64,000 bases of DNA from Tubulanus polymorphus (lineage: Eukaryota; Animalia; Nemertea). The translations under genes and the position numbers were made by a program. Location of the stretch: NCBI RefSeq assembly GCF_964204645.1, contig NC_134027.1:8154485-8218484 (forward strand). Direction: 5' to 3'. The notes under the pieces were generated by a model. It did no database searches and had not been told where the DNA came from. It saw nothing but the letters and a program-made list of their open reading frames with translations. Shown in pieces: positions 1 through 13,345 of this stretch; the first letter of the stretch is position 1, and every line of letters begins with the position of its first letter.

Positions 1-1048
1 TGATTACGCGCGTAACTGGAGCTGTATTATCCAAAATCAACTCGTACTCATATTCTTACTCGGACACCCTGAATTAGCAAGGCTACATGTGATAGGCTTC
101 ATTTTCCTGAGGCATGTTTAGGGTTAACATGGTTCAGCTCTAAGAATCGTAAATAAGAAATTTGAAAATAAGAAATTGGTATTATTCATGGAACAATGTA
201 ATCTTCACTTCAACAATCATTAATCGCGATTGAACTTTCAAGAGGGTATAGGCTTGGAATAGAAATGTTTATTTGGGCTTTCAGATTATAGTTGATTTTA
301 TCATCTCAGGCTATGAAGTAGGCCCAACGCATTAGAAAGTATACCTCATATCCATCAAAAAAGAAAAATATGGACTCCTCACCTCGTTTTAAGGTGTGAA
401 GTCATCAAAAATTCCCCCATTTTACTTTGACTGAAGTAAATGCTGAGGAAAATGAATCAACTATTTATAGGCTGGTTGGTTCTTATAACACTGGTCATTG
501 ATTGCAGTGATGAATGAAATATTAGATTATTGATCAGTTAAGTTGTTAAGTTGCGCGGGTTGATACTGTTGGATGAAAGAGTTGCTGGAACTGTTTAATT
601 AAAGCGCCTTTATGCAGGTGCATGTGCGCGCTTGCACAAGCTATTACGGCGCTAGAGAACAGTAAAATGAGACTTCACTTAGGATACTAATTCAATGTTA
701 TCGAATATCTAGAAGTCACTAGTGCCTGTAATGATAACCCGTATGCCTGACAATATAATCACACCTCTCTAAGTACTGATAATTACCATAAAGTCTATAA
801 GTCTATAATAGTTATATATAAACTTGCCACCATTGTCATTATTCAAGGCTGTGTAAAACTTAAGTCCCCTATACATAAATTCTCTCAATAGATCATTTTG
901 CGCGATACCTTCTTCATTTACCGAGTTCACTCTAGTTTACTTCGCTAACAAGTTCCATTCGCTAAAACGCTGCTTCCTGACAACACTAGTTGATTTGAGT
1001 TCTATTTCAACTGTATTTGAAGCGTTGTGTCATTTCATGTATTTTCAG

Positions 1049-1138
1049 CAAGGTGACTGCGTTATCAGTAAAGTGTTAACTTTAGATCTGACCGACTACA
1101 ACGAAGCGACGCAAGAAAGCGAAGAAGAGCTACACTGA
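1049..1138 (+). CDS. Possible terminal coding exon of an unidentified upstream gene (QGDCVISKVLTLDLTDYNEATQESEEELH*)
   Basis: Acceptor-like catttcatgtattttcag at 1031-1048, then a 30-codon open frame ending in TGA with a protein-like acidic tail. No homology recognised, and the phase is assumed. Confidence 0.3.
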   Translation, partial: QGDCVISKVLTLDLTDYNEATQESEEELH

Positions 1139-1776
1139 AACTGATCGACTCCGCTTCAACTATCTGACTCTGAAAGTCTTCTGGTTGTTTCTGTGGCTGC
1201 GTTCCCCCTTTTCCGATTCGTTGAGTTTAGTTTCTGCTGTTCAAATCAAAATCATTTTATGTCGAAACGAATTTCGCGTTCCGCAGTTCTCGGCTTAGTC
1301 GAATCACTCATCCCTCAATTTTGAGAGCTATTTGATGACATTATCTGTGGAACTGGTTTCGCATTCTCATTTAAATGAACGTTATTATAATATGTTTAAA
1401 AAAAGTTTCTATTACTTGTTTTCGTGGTAATGAATGAAATTGAAATGAATCGATCGAAATGGAAAACCAAATGCATTTATATTGTTGTAAATATTTTTTC
1501 AGAAATGTTTCTCTAACTATTTTTCTTCCTGTATTGAGAATTGATAATATGTCGGCGAACGTCAATTGTTGGATTGTCTGAAGATAGAAATAATAATGTG
1601 CAATATTGTGAATAACGCTAATAGATATGCAATAGCTCGGATTAGGATAAGACGATAAAAAAAGTTAATTGAATTGAAAATCTGGTGTTAACAAAATGCT
1701 TAGGATCGTTGGGAGATCTGGTAAAAAGATGCCGCATTCACGCTGCTTAAACTGGGCCGTCTAACATAGGTTTCCG

Positions 1777-1873
1777 CATCCTCTCTCGGCGGGGATTCGA
1801 ACCCGATGGCAATGCATGACGGCGTGGCGGTCTCGATACCAGCAGGTTTGAATCCTCGCCGCAGGGAGGATGA
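1777..1873. repeat. Short inverted repeat whose arms contain tRNA T-arm/B-box-like motifs (SINE- or MITE-like remnant)
   Basis: catcctctctcggcggggattcgaacc pairs with ggtttgaatcctcgccgcagggaggatg. Both arms carry a GGTTYGAATCC-like sequence. A (GTGTGC)n/(GTAT)n microsatellite follows at about 1955-1997. Confidence 0.45.
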
Positions 1874-4473
1874 GGCGTTTCCATCAAGTTCAATCGGGGT
1901 TTGTTATTATTTGACTAATTGCCATTCATCAAAATCGACTTGAAAGATGAATTACGTGCGTGTGCGTGTGCGTGTGCGTGTGCGTGTATGTATGTATGAT
2001 TAGGCCTCGCCTTGTTGTAACAACTGATATGATAATTTATCAGTTATTACGAACTTAGAATTTTGTCCCGAATAGGACGATATGATTGATTTCATACTGG
2101 ATATAGCGAACTATCTATCGGTTATAACGAACAGATTTTCTGGTTCCCTGAAAATCGTAACTATGACTATGTTCCGCTGTATTTATAACGAACTTGTGTG
2201 GGATAATTGTAATATAGCACTTAAAGCCCTGAAACTCATCTAATGATATTCGTGTGAAATTCAATTGTTCAGTCTGGTATGAATTTTATTTGCGGCGTTT
2301 CTTTGTTAGTCGGCATCTTCAGTAAATACTTCACCGAGTTAGAAATAGATAACACATAGATAACACGTAACCATGGCGAACCTCGGATGTCGTAATTAGA
2401 AGACTAGTCGTCGGAGCTAATAATCGTACTAATTGTTCACAGTCATTCGAATAATCGTTCACAGTGTCGGTCATCTTGAAACGAAGTCCGAACTACAGCA
2501 ACTGAGCTCAATTGTGTGGTTCACTTGTATTTTCGTATTAGGACTCTTAATACGAAAGACAATTCAAGTGTTGCAGTACATGAAAATAGTCGACTAAGTA
2601 CGATAACCGAAGTTCTCCCCTGCTGCATTGTTGATAGCCGGTTTACATGTTTGATGAAATTGTGGGTTCCTTTTATTCTAAATGACGGAAGTTTTTGCCA
2701 TTCAGAACGATATGTTGAGATACAAATAGATACCGGTATATCGAATGAAACTAGCTGTTAAACAGATTGACACGTATGTAACACCCTTGGAAAAAATGAA
2801 GTAACGCCCTGCGGACGTTCCCAAGAGACTTATTTCCTTTTTTTCGAGAATTCTTCCTACCAATGTATACATACATGTATATATTGATATGTCTTGTCTG
2901 TCTCTTGTCGATGTGAATATGGCACGTGTTCAAGAATGGATTTTGTACGATTTGTCGTTACGTTTTTTGCTGTAGTTTGTAAACATTGCATTTTACATAG
3001 TAAACACTTATCTTAATTAAATTAATTCTAGTTTGTGTAGTGTATGTTTGAGTTTGCGCGGAAAAAGATGACAGTTGCCCGTTTTTTTTCTTAGCTGAAT
3101 TGAAGAGTATTAAGTGGAAACTCTGCCTGTTTTTCCAGAGCACCGACGCCAAACGCGCGCCCCGCGTATAATGGAAGAAATCTCGGCTTTCTCTGACTTG
3201 ACTAACTCGGACAAAAATGAAATCATTTTACTAATTCTTACTTATTTTCTTATCCCTAACTCGGACTTACTTTGTTGAGGCTCTATGTACCAGTTTTTCC
3301 GGGAACGACTAGGTTCACTGCTATTCATCGATACTGATGATTAGGTGACGAAGGAAGCTGGGAAATGGGCAAGTAGCCAACGGATTTTCCAATATGCTCT
3401 GTTTAAATCTGATCGTTGAACGGACGTCGTTTCGAATGCCTCCTCGAACTGGTCATTCATAACAGAAAAACATTGGCTTGCTTGGATATTCTTTATTCGC
3501 CGTCTTCCGACCATTGAATGTGAGCGCGAGCCAATCAAAATCTAGAACGTGCTATGATGTGAGTTTTGTTCGAAGTTACAGACTGAAAAATTCTCATATC
3601 GAGGGTATTAGAAATCTGACTGGGCGCAGTGCTGGAATGCCGCTGTCTTTCGATTAATAAAAACGACCCGTACAGACAAAAATTCATCCATTAATCTCAA
3701 TCGAATAAAAACTTTTAATCAACGACGAGTTTGAAATTTCAAACATTCCCGTGTAGTGAGTTTTCCTTTATGTCCTATTTTCGAGGCTCTGTTCGACCAT
3801 TTTAATTAAAATGCTACCGGAGCCATCAAATGAAAAGTCAATTTTGCAGCTTGAAGGAGATCGCAGCGTGTTTCTTTATGCGTCGTTAAAGTGAGTTGCT
3901 ATTTTAACTACCCGTTTTAAATCCGGGTAATTACCCTTGCACATTTGATTGTCCCATTCGCCGTTTGATCTTGATTTTATTGTCGCGAAAGCAACTCCGT
4001 CACGAAACATGCGAGTGGAATCAGGAACATTTCTCCGAATCGTCTGCGCGCGACGTTGTCATCGTCTGGGCTGGATCTGGCACCGCGGTGAACAAACGAC
4101 CTATTGTAAAAACATTGACGCGTCGATGTTGATGAGATTTTATTGGAGAAAACTTTAACAGGATTCGGGCGTACAGCCAAAACATAAAGAAGCCATTCCG
4201 AATTTCCAGTCCGGCTGTTCTCGATCGCTCTGGAGTCTATAAAATATCGTTTTATTACACGTTAGTTGTGTTTTATCGCCCGTTGGTTCGATGGGTGAGC
4301 GACATTAATGCGTGTCGTTGGTGCTGTGTTACTGTGCAAGACGGCTGATCGGCAATCGAAGACGACCGTGATAAATTATACTGCTTATACTATAGTGAAC
4401 TCAGAAAATTAGCTAGGAAGAATGTCTCTCTCATCACACATCACATATCTCGGCTAATCGGCGACGACATTTC

Positions 4474-4740
4474 TCAATAGTAACCGTAATATTTCTTGTA
4501 TGGTTTGCAGGTTTCGAACGAAAAGTCTTGTTTTCCAAACTTCATTGCCTCGGTTTTGCATCTTAATCCTTTGGCGCATGGACAGATATGATAGAATTTT
4601 CCGTCTATAAGTTCATTATCTTGTGCGCAAGGATCGTCGATTTTGCGCATGGGCAGACAAGCCGCTTTGCCGACTCTTGGGTCTAAAGTGCAGCATGTTC
4701 CTCGCGGACAGTCTTCTTGGCTAAAACAAGTATACTTGGC
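4474..4740 (-). CDS. Secreted 10-cysteine prokineticin/astakine/colipase-fold peptide, last exon (mature domain)
   Basis: AKYTCFSQEDCPRGTCCTLDPRVGKAACLPMRKIDDPCAQDNELIDGKFYHICPCAKGLRCKTEAMKFGKQDFSFETCKPYKKYYGYY*. The C-x5-C-x4-CC...CLP...C...CPC..GL.C...C pattern is typical of the prokineticin/astakine/MIT-atracotoxin family. Minus-strand acceptor ttttgtcttgtattttgcag, phase 0. Confidence 0.88.
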   Translation of the reverse strand, partial: AKYTCFSQEDCPRGTCCTLDPRVGKAACLPMRKIDDPCAQDNELIDGKFYHICPCAKGLRCKTEAMKFGKQDFSFETCKPYKKYYGYY

Positions 4741-7700
4741 CTGCAAAATACAAGACAAAACCACGTTTGAATATTAATAAGTAAAATGCTAAAAACGTTA
4801 CGCTATACAGCAGTTTCTCCAGATCAACTTCTAAGCTTTTATCTAGAATTAGAACTCTATTTTATCCTATTATTCTCGGATCTATACTTCGCAACAATTC
4901 GTTTAGAGACTCCTTTAATCGAATACATTTTACTCTCCCTGTTTTTGCCAGCTCAATTGCTTTATCAGAGTACTATGAAATTGTTCATTCATCAATAGCC
5001 ATTTTCGAAATATCGCATCAAATATCGGCCATTATTGGCGTACACGACGCCAAAACATGAAAAAACCATTCATTATTATAATTGAAGCAATCTCGTGAAA
5101 AATAAATCCGATTTCACACCGGAATATTAAGTGAAAATAATCGTGATTTGCCTTGGAAAATCCTCCCCACAAACGCCTTAAGATAATGAAGTGGTTATCG
5201 TTGTCAGATGTTTTCCGTTGCAGAAAATCCGCTTTCGATATAAACATTTTGCGCGTTTTAAAAATGGTTGAATAGGCCGAGCGCCAAATACAGTTTTACT
5301 TTACCTTTCGTGTCTCGCGAGTGAAAGGATAGTGTGGATGGTGTAACGGCCAGTAGGGGGTCATTGCCAACAAAGCACACAAACGTCAAGTGATACAAAA
5401 GAGTCACACCGTACTACAACAATGGGGGGGGGGGGGGGCGGGGGATGATACCGCATCTTTGCGGATCGTTGAAACTTGCGTCCTATCCTTCTGCTCATCA
5501 AAGAGCATAACGATCTTATAATCTTTTTTCTTTGTTGGTTTGTGTTGTGAACGCTCGATTTTTAAGTATTTAATGGAAAAAACTACCGGGGAATTTTTCA
5601 ACCGAAGCGACAAAGATTTGACAATCGCAATACGCATTTTATCCGCAAGTAAGATGTCTTTGTGTGCTACCTACTTGCGAAAAGAAACATTTTGCAAACC
5701 AAGGCTTACACCAAAGGCTTAACGTCTTAAGGGAGTCTGAGATAAAACGAAACAATTTGTTTTCTCGCGCTAGATATTTGTTTTCTCGTGGTAATATTTG
5801 TTTTTTCAGAACAGAATTTGTTTTCACGGTATTTCGAAAAAATGCAGAATCCCGCTCAAACAAACTTCGACCGAAATCTGTCTTACGATATGAAATCAAT
5901 TAAAGTGATGCTCAATCATTCGGATATATCCATATGATGCTGGAAATGATTTCGTCGTATAAGTCTCAACTTAACTGGGCCATTGTCATTATTCAGAGAT
6001 GTAAGTAAGCTCGTGCTCTGCGCTTGCAATCTACATTCTACATTCGAAAATGGGGATCAGGTCATTGTACAATATTGTCATATGTATCTACATCGATTTG
6101 TGTTTCAGTCCGTTCGAGAATACCCTTACATACATCATCTACGGTAGCCTATCAAACTAGAATTTTTCAATTTTGTATTACATATAATTTCGATTTTCCG
6201 TTTTGAGTCGGTAGTCGATTTAAGCGTTTTTGGACCATTTTGGACTGTACGTGACTTATGCGCTGCTGAGATAATGACCTCCCTGAGACGAGTGGGGTGA
6301 GAATGTCGTTAGCTGGCCAAGTAAACACCTTGGAGTAATCATAAGTAGTCAGAGTGATTACTCCAAGCCAACACCATGCAGCCAACCGGAGACATCAGGA
6401 ACATTCACTATACTGTAACAGGATTCCCCAGAAGGTACATCGATTTGTATGATGTGTCAGAGAACGAACGAAACATTAACCAACAACTTATCATCTAATC
6501 GCTTAACTAATGACTGTCGGAAATAAGTGGGTACTCAGATCAATGCTTCCAAGCGAACTATCGTTAACGTGTTATTATCAATGTCATTATACATCTACAA
6601 GTCATATACATATATACGTATGTCGTTTACAGGTTTTAACACTTCATCGTATAAAAAACAAGCGTTATAGTCCGGCTGACAAATTAAATCATCTACGCCT
6701 TTTTCCGATTCAGCGGCGAGTCTATTTACCGCACAAATCGAATTTAACGGTCTAGTTTTTAAAGTAGATTAATATGTAACCGGGATAACAAGGCATAATT
6801 ACATGAATACATTTCGCTGAGAATGTGGCGAAACTTGGTGAAGCCATAAAAAATGACTAAATCAGTAATCTAATAGATTTCATGCAGTATACTTTCTGTG
6901 CTGTTTGATTATAGAGGGCTGCTGTTCAATCGGCTGCGATCGTTTAACGACGTTCTTCTGGAGTGTGTCAGCTTTCCGAGTGAGTGTAAACGTAAAGAAC
7001 AAGAAAAACACGAGGAAACACTTTCTTGTTTTGTGAATTAACGTCGGAAGTTCGTCGCCCGTAGTTTCGCTACAAGGGATCAAATTGATCCACCAACCGA
7101 CTGGCAATGTCTATTACAGCAAGTTTATGAAGTGTCCTCGTCGGTGTTCTTAGTAGGCGCTATACGTCAAAATGCTGGATTCGTTTGACGTGTTTTGTAA
7201 TGATTCAAAGAAACAAACATGTTCTCCACCGGACTAGTTTTCTGGAAACTCGCGCGGAGACGACTGGATCAATCAACGCACGCCGAGATTAAATCCCGAT
7301 TTGTGAACCAGCGTCGAAAAGGAGCCTAACAACACCCAGTATAGTGATTATTAGAGGGCAATCAGAATATATTTCTGAAAAGATATTTCTCCTTAAAAAT
7401 GAAAAATAAAAAAGAATTTCGAACATGTTGTATAATCATAGTCAGAACGAAAATATTTATCAAAATAAATTCCTGACGAAATAATTTCTGCGGCTTTTTG
7501 TTTGGCAGACGTAAAACGCCGATTAAGTAACAAAAATACAAAAATTCATTTTTCGCAGATAATACATATATTCAGCATATTACATATTACATATTACATA
7601 TAGTCAGCCACCATAATTCACTACCACAATATATCATATATCGGAATAAACAATTCATCAGAAATTTGAATAGCAAATCGAATAACTGTCTCGGATGATA

Positions 7701-10644
7701 AACTCTGATTACTCGATGATTTTTCTCGAAACGCGGCTTGTCGAGTGCTAAATGAATTTCACGCGGGGCCATTAAATCGCATGACATCCTGTTTTATGGC
7801 GCAGTCGGTGCTCGACGCAATTACTCGGTAGCCACTGCAGGAATCTGGATTTTTCTGGCATGAACTTTATCGCCATATCTATCGAACCTGCACTTCACTG
7901 CATTCTTTTTCATCTGCTGTTTTTTATTTCCGTCACACTCGAAACGTGCCATTATACGAACGTGACCACACGTCGATGCGAGGTCAAGAAAATTTGACCC
8001 GTATCATTGTCCCGTCGTTCCCCGTATACTGTTGGACAGTTAATCAACAGTATACTGACGCCATCGTCGTTAAAAGCTTAACGGATAAGCACCAGTCGTT
8101 AATGGACGTCACTGGAGTGGTCTCAAAGATCCAAGTACATCGAGAGAGAACCCTTGTACCGATTCGCGTTGCAAGAGAATCGAGAGTCACAATTAGCACA
8201 TCCATTTCTCACAAACCATCGTGCTAAGCATTTTTTGCACGACACGTTTAGCCTACTATATTCCTCGCGGCAAGGGAGTCGATGCGTCGAAAACACGATA
8301 TTCATTGCGAGTTAATTTCTTCATTTACTCTATCTCTGTTAGATGACTGTCCATTATTAGCTCCTTACTGAAAAGGATGCTGACGTTTTAGATACAACCT
8401 TGGAGTAATTATAATTACTGTCCTGAATTATGAATGTAAACTCAAAGGAACTGATTCGAATGTATTGTTATGTCATCGTAATTGAAATTAGTTGACCCGT
8501 TTGCGACGTAATTAACATAATCAAAAAAGTCTAGGAATAGTTTAAGAAATGTATTTTAGCAAAATAGGCGAGCGGAGCAGACAATTGAGTAAACTATCGG
8601 GAAAATTGATTTGATCGATATTACTTCATCGCCAACACGATGAAGTTTAAAATCAAACAAATAGCAAAACTTTACCAACGCCAACATCGGTATTTAGAAG
8701 AATACGGCGATACAAGAGCAGAAGATTCATCGAAAGTCTATTCTCCCGCGTCATCGTTTGATATGAAATCTGGCCATTTTTTGCCGGAGAACTTTATGAA
8801 GAACGCCTCTAAGAGCGTCTGAACAAAATTGCCTTGGTTACTATTTCTCGATGAAAGAAGATGAATATATGCGACTCCTTCAAACCCCGTATACTTATTA
8901 GTTCTTTACATATGCGAATAATGCTCGTGATGCTTGTTGGTAAAGTCATCCACTCTTTGACCTTTGATACGTCCAGATGAAAAGCGAACTCCATTTTCAA
9001 ATAGGAGGTATGAAATTTCACCACACAAAGCTTATATAGTTTTATGTATACATATATAGCAATAAATGTTAAGGATTTGGGGAAGAATCTTGTGTTTTGT
9101 GAATGTGAAGTGAATCGAAATTATTTTGCACACACCAGTTGCTCAACTGAAAAGAGTGAGAAAGGAGTGAGAAAGCAACTAGCGATTCGATGCCGGCGAA
9201 ATGGAGTAGATTTTTGCTGGTGGCTATTGAAACGTTTGGTTGTTAACGAAAATTGTGTGGAATAAAAACGTTTCTTTAATCCTCTTAGCGCCAAAGAAAT
9301 CCTGGAATAATTATGTCACAAACAAGACAGGCGCGCTCACGCGGTATATTCGTTTTCGCAGTGATAGCAACGTCACATCAGAACAATTTAATTGAATTAC
9401 CAATTAACCGTTGGGTAACGTATACCAATTATGTGGCTGTTCCCCGAGCGTTTGGGTGTGTTTTTGCAATTTGAGATCGTTTCGCGTAATCACGTAAATT
9501 GTTTACTCGTTAACGAGACACGCAAATTGCACCGACGCATCCAGATTCGGACATATGACCGGACTTTCAAATTTGAATGATCTTAACGCGAGAGGCCGAT
9601 GTCTACCAAAACGTCTGAATTGAAATTATCTTGTAATTAAGACAATATCCGCATCATAGGAAACTATATTTTTGAAGAACATCTGACCGCAAATAGATTC
9701 ATTGTTCACTTTAAAAAACCTGTCCTCAAATTTTCTAACCATTTCTGTTACATGATATTCCTTGAGGTAAATTATTAGTGCTATTTCTGATGCTAATAAT
9801 CAGCATATTGTGAAGATCAAAGGCGAGATTTCAAGAACCTCAAGCAACTGCGAGAAAAATAGCCTGTTATCGCCCTGCTTATCGCCTAGTCACCACCAGC
9901 ACGCGGCATGAAAAATAAACCGCACGGAACTCACTCGGGAGCGTAAAATCGTCTGACTTCCTGACTTAATAGTTTGACGATTTGGGAAATATGAATTCTT
10001 TCCGATCGCGTGATAAACCAGTTGTAGATCGATCCGCGTATAGAACAATAATCAACGAAAACCGACGACCTTTAGCGCGACTTGTGTGTCGTGCATAACG
10101 AATCATTGGAATAATTACATTCGTCGAAAAATGTACACGCGGAGCCGAGCTGTACTGTCGAGATGCTTATTTCATATTTATCGCTCATGGACCCCGTTTA
10201 CGCATATCTCCGATAATTGAAAATGTAAATCATCCCATTACGAAAGAACACCTCTCGTTGGAAGCCACAAGGCGGTTATTATTTACTGTTGACTAAGAAT
10301 GTGGTATTCGATTCAATAAATTACAGTTTTGGAAATGAAACAGAGCAATTAAATTCCGGCTCCGTACCAACACAGACGAGATGTTTCTACACAGAGCAAC
10401 GCACGCGCTTTGCAAGCGGTGACGCCTTGAGCCGTACAAAGAGTAATGGCAAAAACTGCAAGTCTTTTGATTAATTTCTGCGACAAGAAGTTTGATACTG
10501 AGGTAGAGATTTTCTCAGGCATAACACTTAAAAAGAAGAATAATTGAAACGTCTTTGAAATTGCCTTCATAATATATGCATCATCACTGTGATCATTTTT
10601 ACATTAAAAACCTCGAAAACGGTGACAAGAAATATGCAAGCTAC

Positions 10645-11321
<677 letters not shown>

Positions 11322-13281
11322 TATAATTATTGTCGAACGGCTTACGTCTAAGAATGATCTATCTGGGGACTTTTATTATGGAGCTTATGCTAATTCCGAT
11401 GGCCATATAACTAGCCCCGGGATTTCAATTATTCAGACTTCATTTTGCGGTAAATGAGAAGGTCATCTGATATGTCGACGACAACGCATACAGGCACTGA
11501 TTAATGTGAAATGATATATCAAGATGGTTAGTTCACATTTTTTAACAGCAGCTTCCGATTCATGATGTATCGAAATTCCACAAGCGGTAAAACGAAGCAT
11601 TACTATCAACGGACGAATTCGTTTGAATAATTCGATCGCGCGCACAGGAAAAACAATGGGTATCACAGCGCAGCGAAGTTTTCCGTCGTGATTCTATAAT
11701 GAGACCCTCGGGGTTTCCCGTCAAATGTCGGCTTTATTCGGCCGTGTTTTCGTGCGAGTCGCAAATTACAGGTAAATAATATGAGGCGCAGCTGATCGTT
11801 TTCTTTTAAGTTTTACAGATGAACGAAGTGTATAATGATATCCTTACGGGCTAATTCAGAATAACATTCTGATTAATGACTATTCCCAGTTTTCGGGAAC
11901 GAAGGTGATTTTCTGTGAAGTCCGGTCTCGTACAGACATGTCGTAAAATCAGAGAAACCGAGGAGTTGGCATTTGTGGGAAATAAGCACGCTATTTTCTA
12001 CCATGGACTATTCGTTTTATAGTCCATGATAACACCAACGCCAATTCCTTCTGCGCATTGGTTGAGAATACGGGTGTTATGGCCATATATAGAAATCACC
12101 AATAATGATTGTAAGGACAGAATATAGTGTTTTGGTTGCAATTAAACGTTCGGTCTCATCTTCCTCGGATGTACAATTAAGCATAAGGCATGGATGTGAT
12201 GATGATGACCCTTTAAACGACGGAAACACATCGATAAACCAGTCAAGTCAGAAGCAACAAATTCATCGCCAAGAATGTTCGTAAACACTTACACATAATG
12301 AGAATAACGGTGTAGCGATCATCTTCCTTGGACAAGCATAAGCGATGGATGTGAAAATGATGGCCCTTTAAACCACGGAAGCACTTAATGTACAACGAAC
12401 TAAAGAACTTGTTATGGTGCGATACATCAGAAGTCAGAAGCAACACTGTTCCTTGCTACAACTTCATAAAAGAATTTATAACGATTGTTTGTGGATATTT
12501 TGACTTCGAATTAAGATAAAAATGGATACAACAACAAAGCGAATTTTAGGTTGGCAAATTACAGACAAGTCCTTCGATTTTATTCCCATAATGATTTTAA
12601 TCAATTTCCCACCGACTGCGGAGAAGCCCGGACTTCCGATCCATATCTCATATGCTTTTAGCAATGCGGAACTTTCTCGCCAATTTGACCTGGAATACAT
12701 TCAGTCATGTTTCCTGCAATTTTCCCCTCGAAACGATGCGCGTTTTATGATACTCCATTTGACGTTTGAAACTGTCGAGTTTTACAACCGATAACGTCTT
12801 CAACTAAAGAGACGATTGGTCGAGTTTTGTACTCATCATTTTCCACTTTTACTCATCATGAACATGACTGTGATATAACAACATCGTGTGCATTGACGGT
12901 TTCGAGATGGTTGGCGGCTAGCAGTATCTTATACGTATTAATTACGAAAGATGGTCAAGGCGTGATGACTGATCAAATATACTTATAGAAGTTAACTGTG
13001 TGTAACATGTAAATTCGATCACACCAAATATTTGTAGTTCTGGATCGATATTTCAGACATTACATATTTATTTTGCTGGTATGATTACTATAGTGAAGTG
13101 AGTCTTCGAAATCAAGATGTCAAATTGCCACGTCAAAGTACAAATGCCACGATGCAGCCTAGCCATTAGGTACATTTGATGTGCACCCTATGAATATAGC
13201 GGCTCTCTGCTGACAGGTTTGATGAACTAGAAATGCGAATCTTCTCAAACAATTTGCGCCCTGTCTCATTTATTATGTAGG

Positions 13282-13345
13282 CCTACGATGGTGGCCTCTA
13301 GAAGAAGAGTTCGAAACGTCGTGTCGTTTTAATGTTCAAATTATT
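13282..13345 (+). mobile_element. Degenerate Penelope-like terminal-repeat/hammerhead remnant
   Basis: ctctagaagaagagttcgaaacgtcgtgtcgttttaat resembles the minus-strand element at about 63750 (ctctagggtgagatcgaaacgtcgtgtcttttaaat). The catalytic 5' core is not intact. Confidence 0.35.

Noticed and set aside
4474-4740. Calling the Cys-rich gene Dickkopf or prokineticin by symbol
   Set aside because: It has a single Cys domain, no Dkk N-terminal CRD and no AVIT motif; orthology cannot be set without phylogeny.
5305-5400. Minus-strand AAG|gtaaag donor as a nearer first exon of the Cys-rich peptide gene
   Set aside because: The in-phase peptide (MTPYWPLHHPHYPFTRETRK) is not signal-peptide-like; the 16459-16512 exon fits much better.
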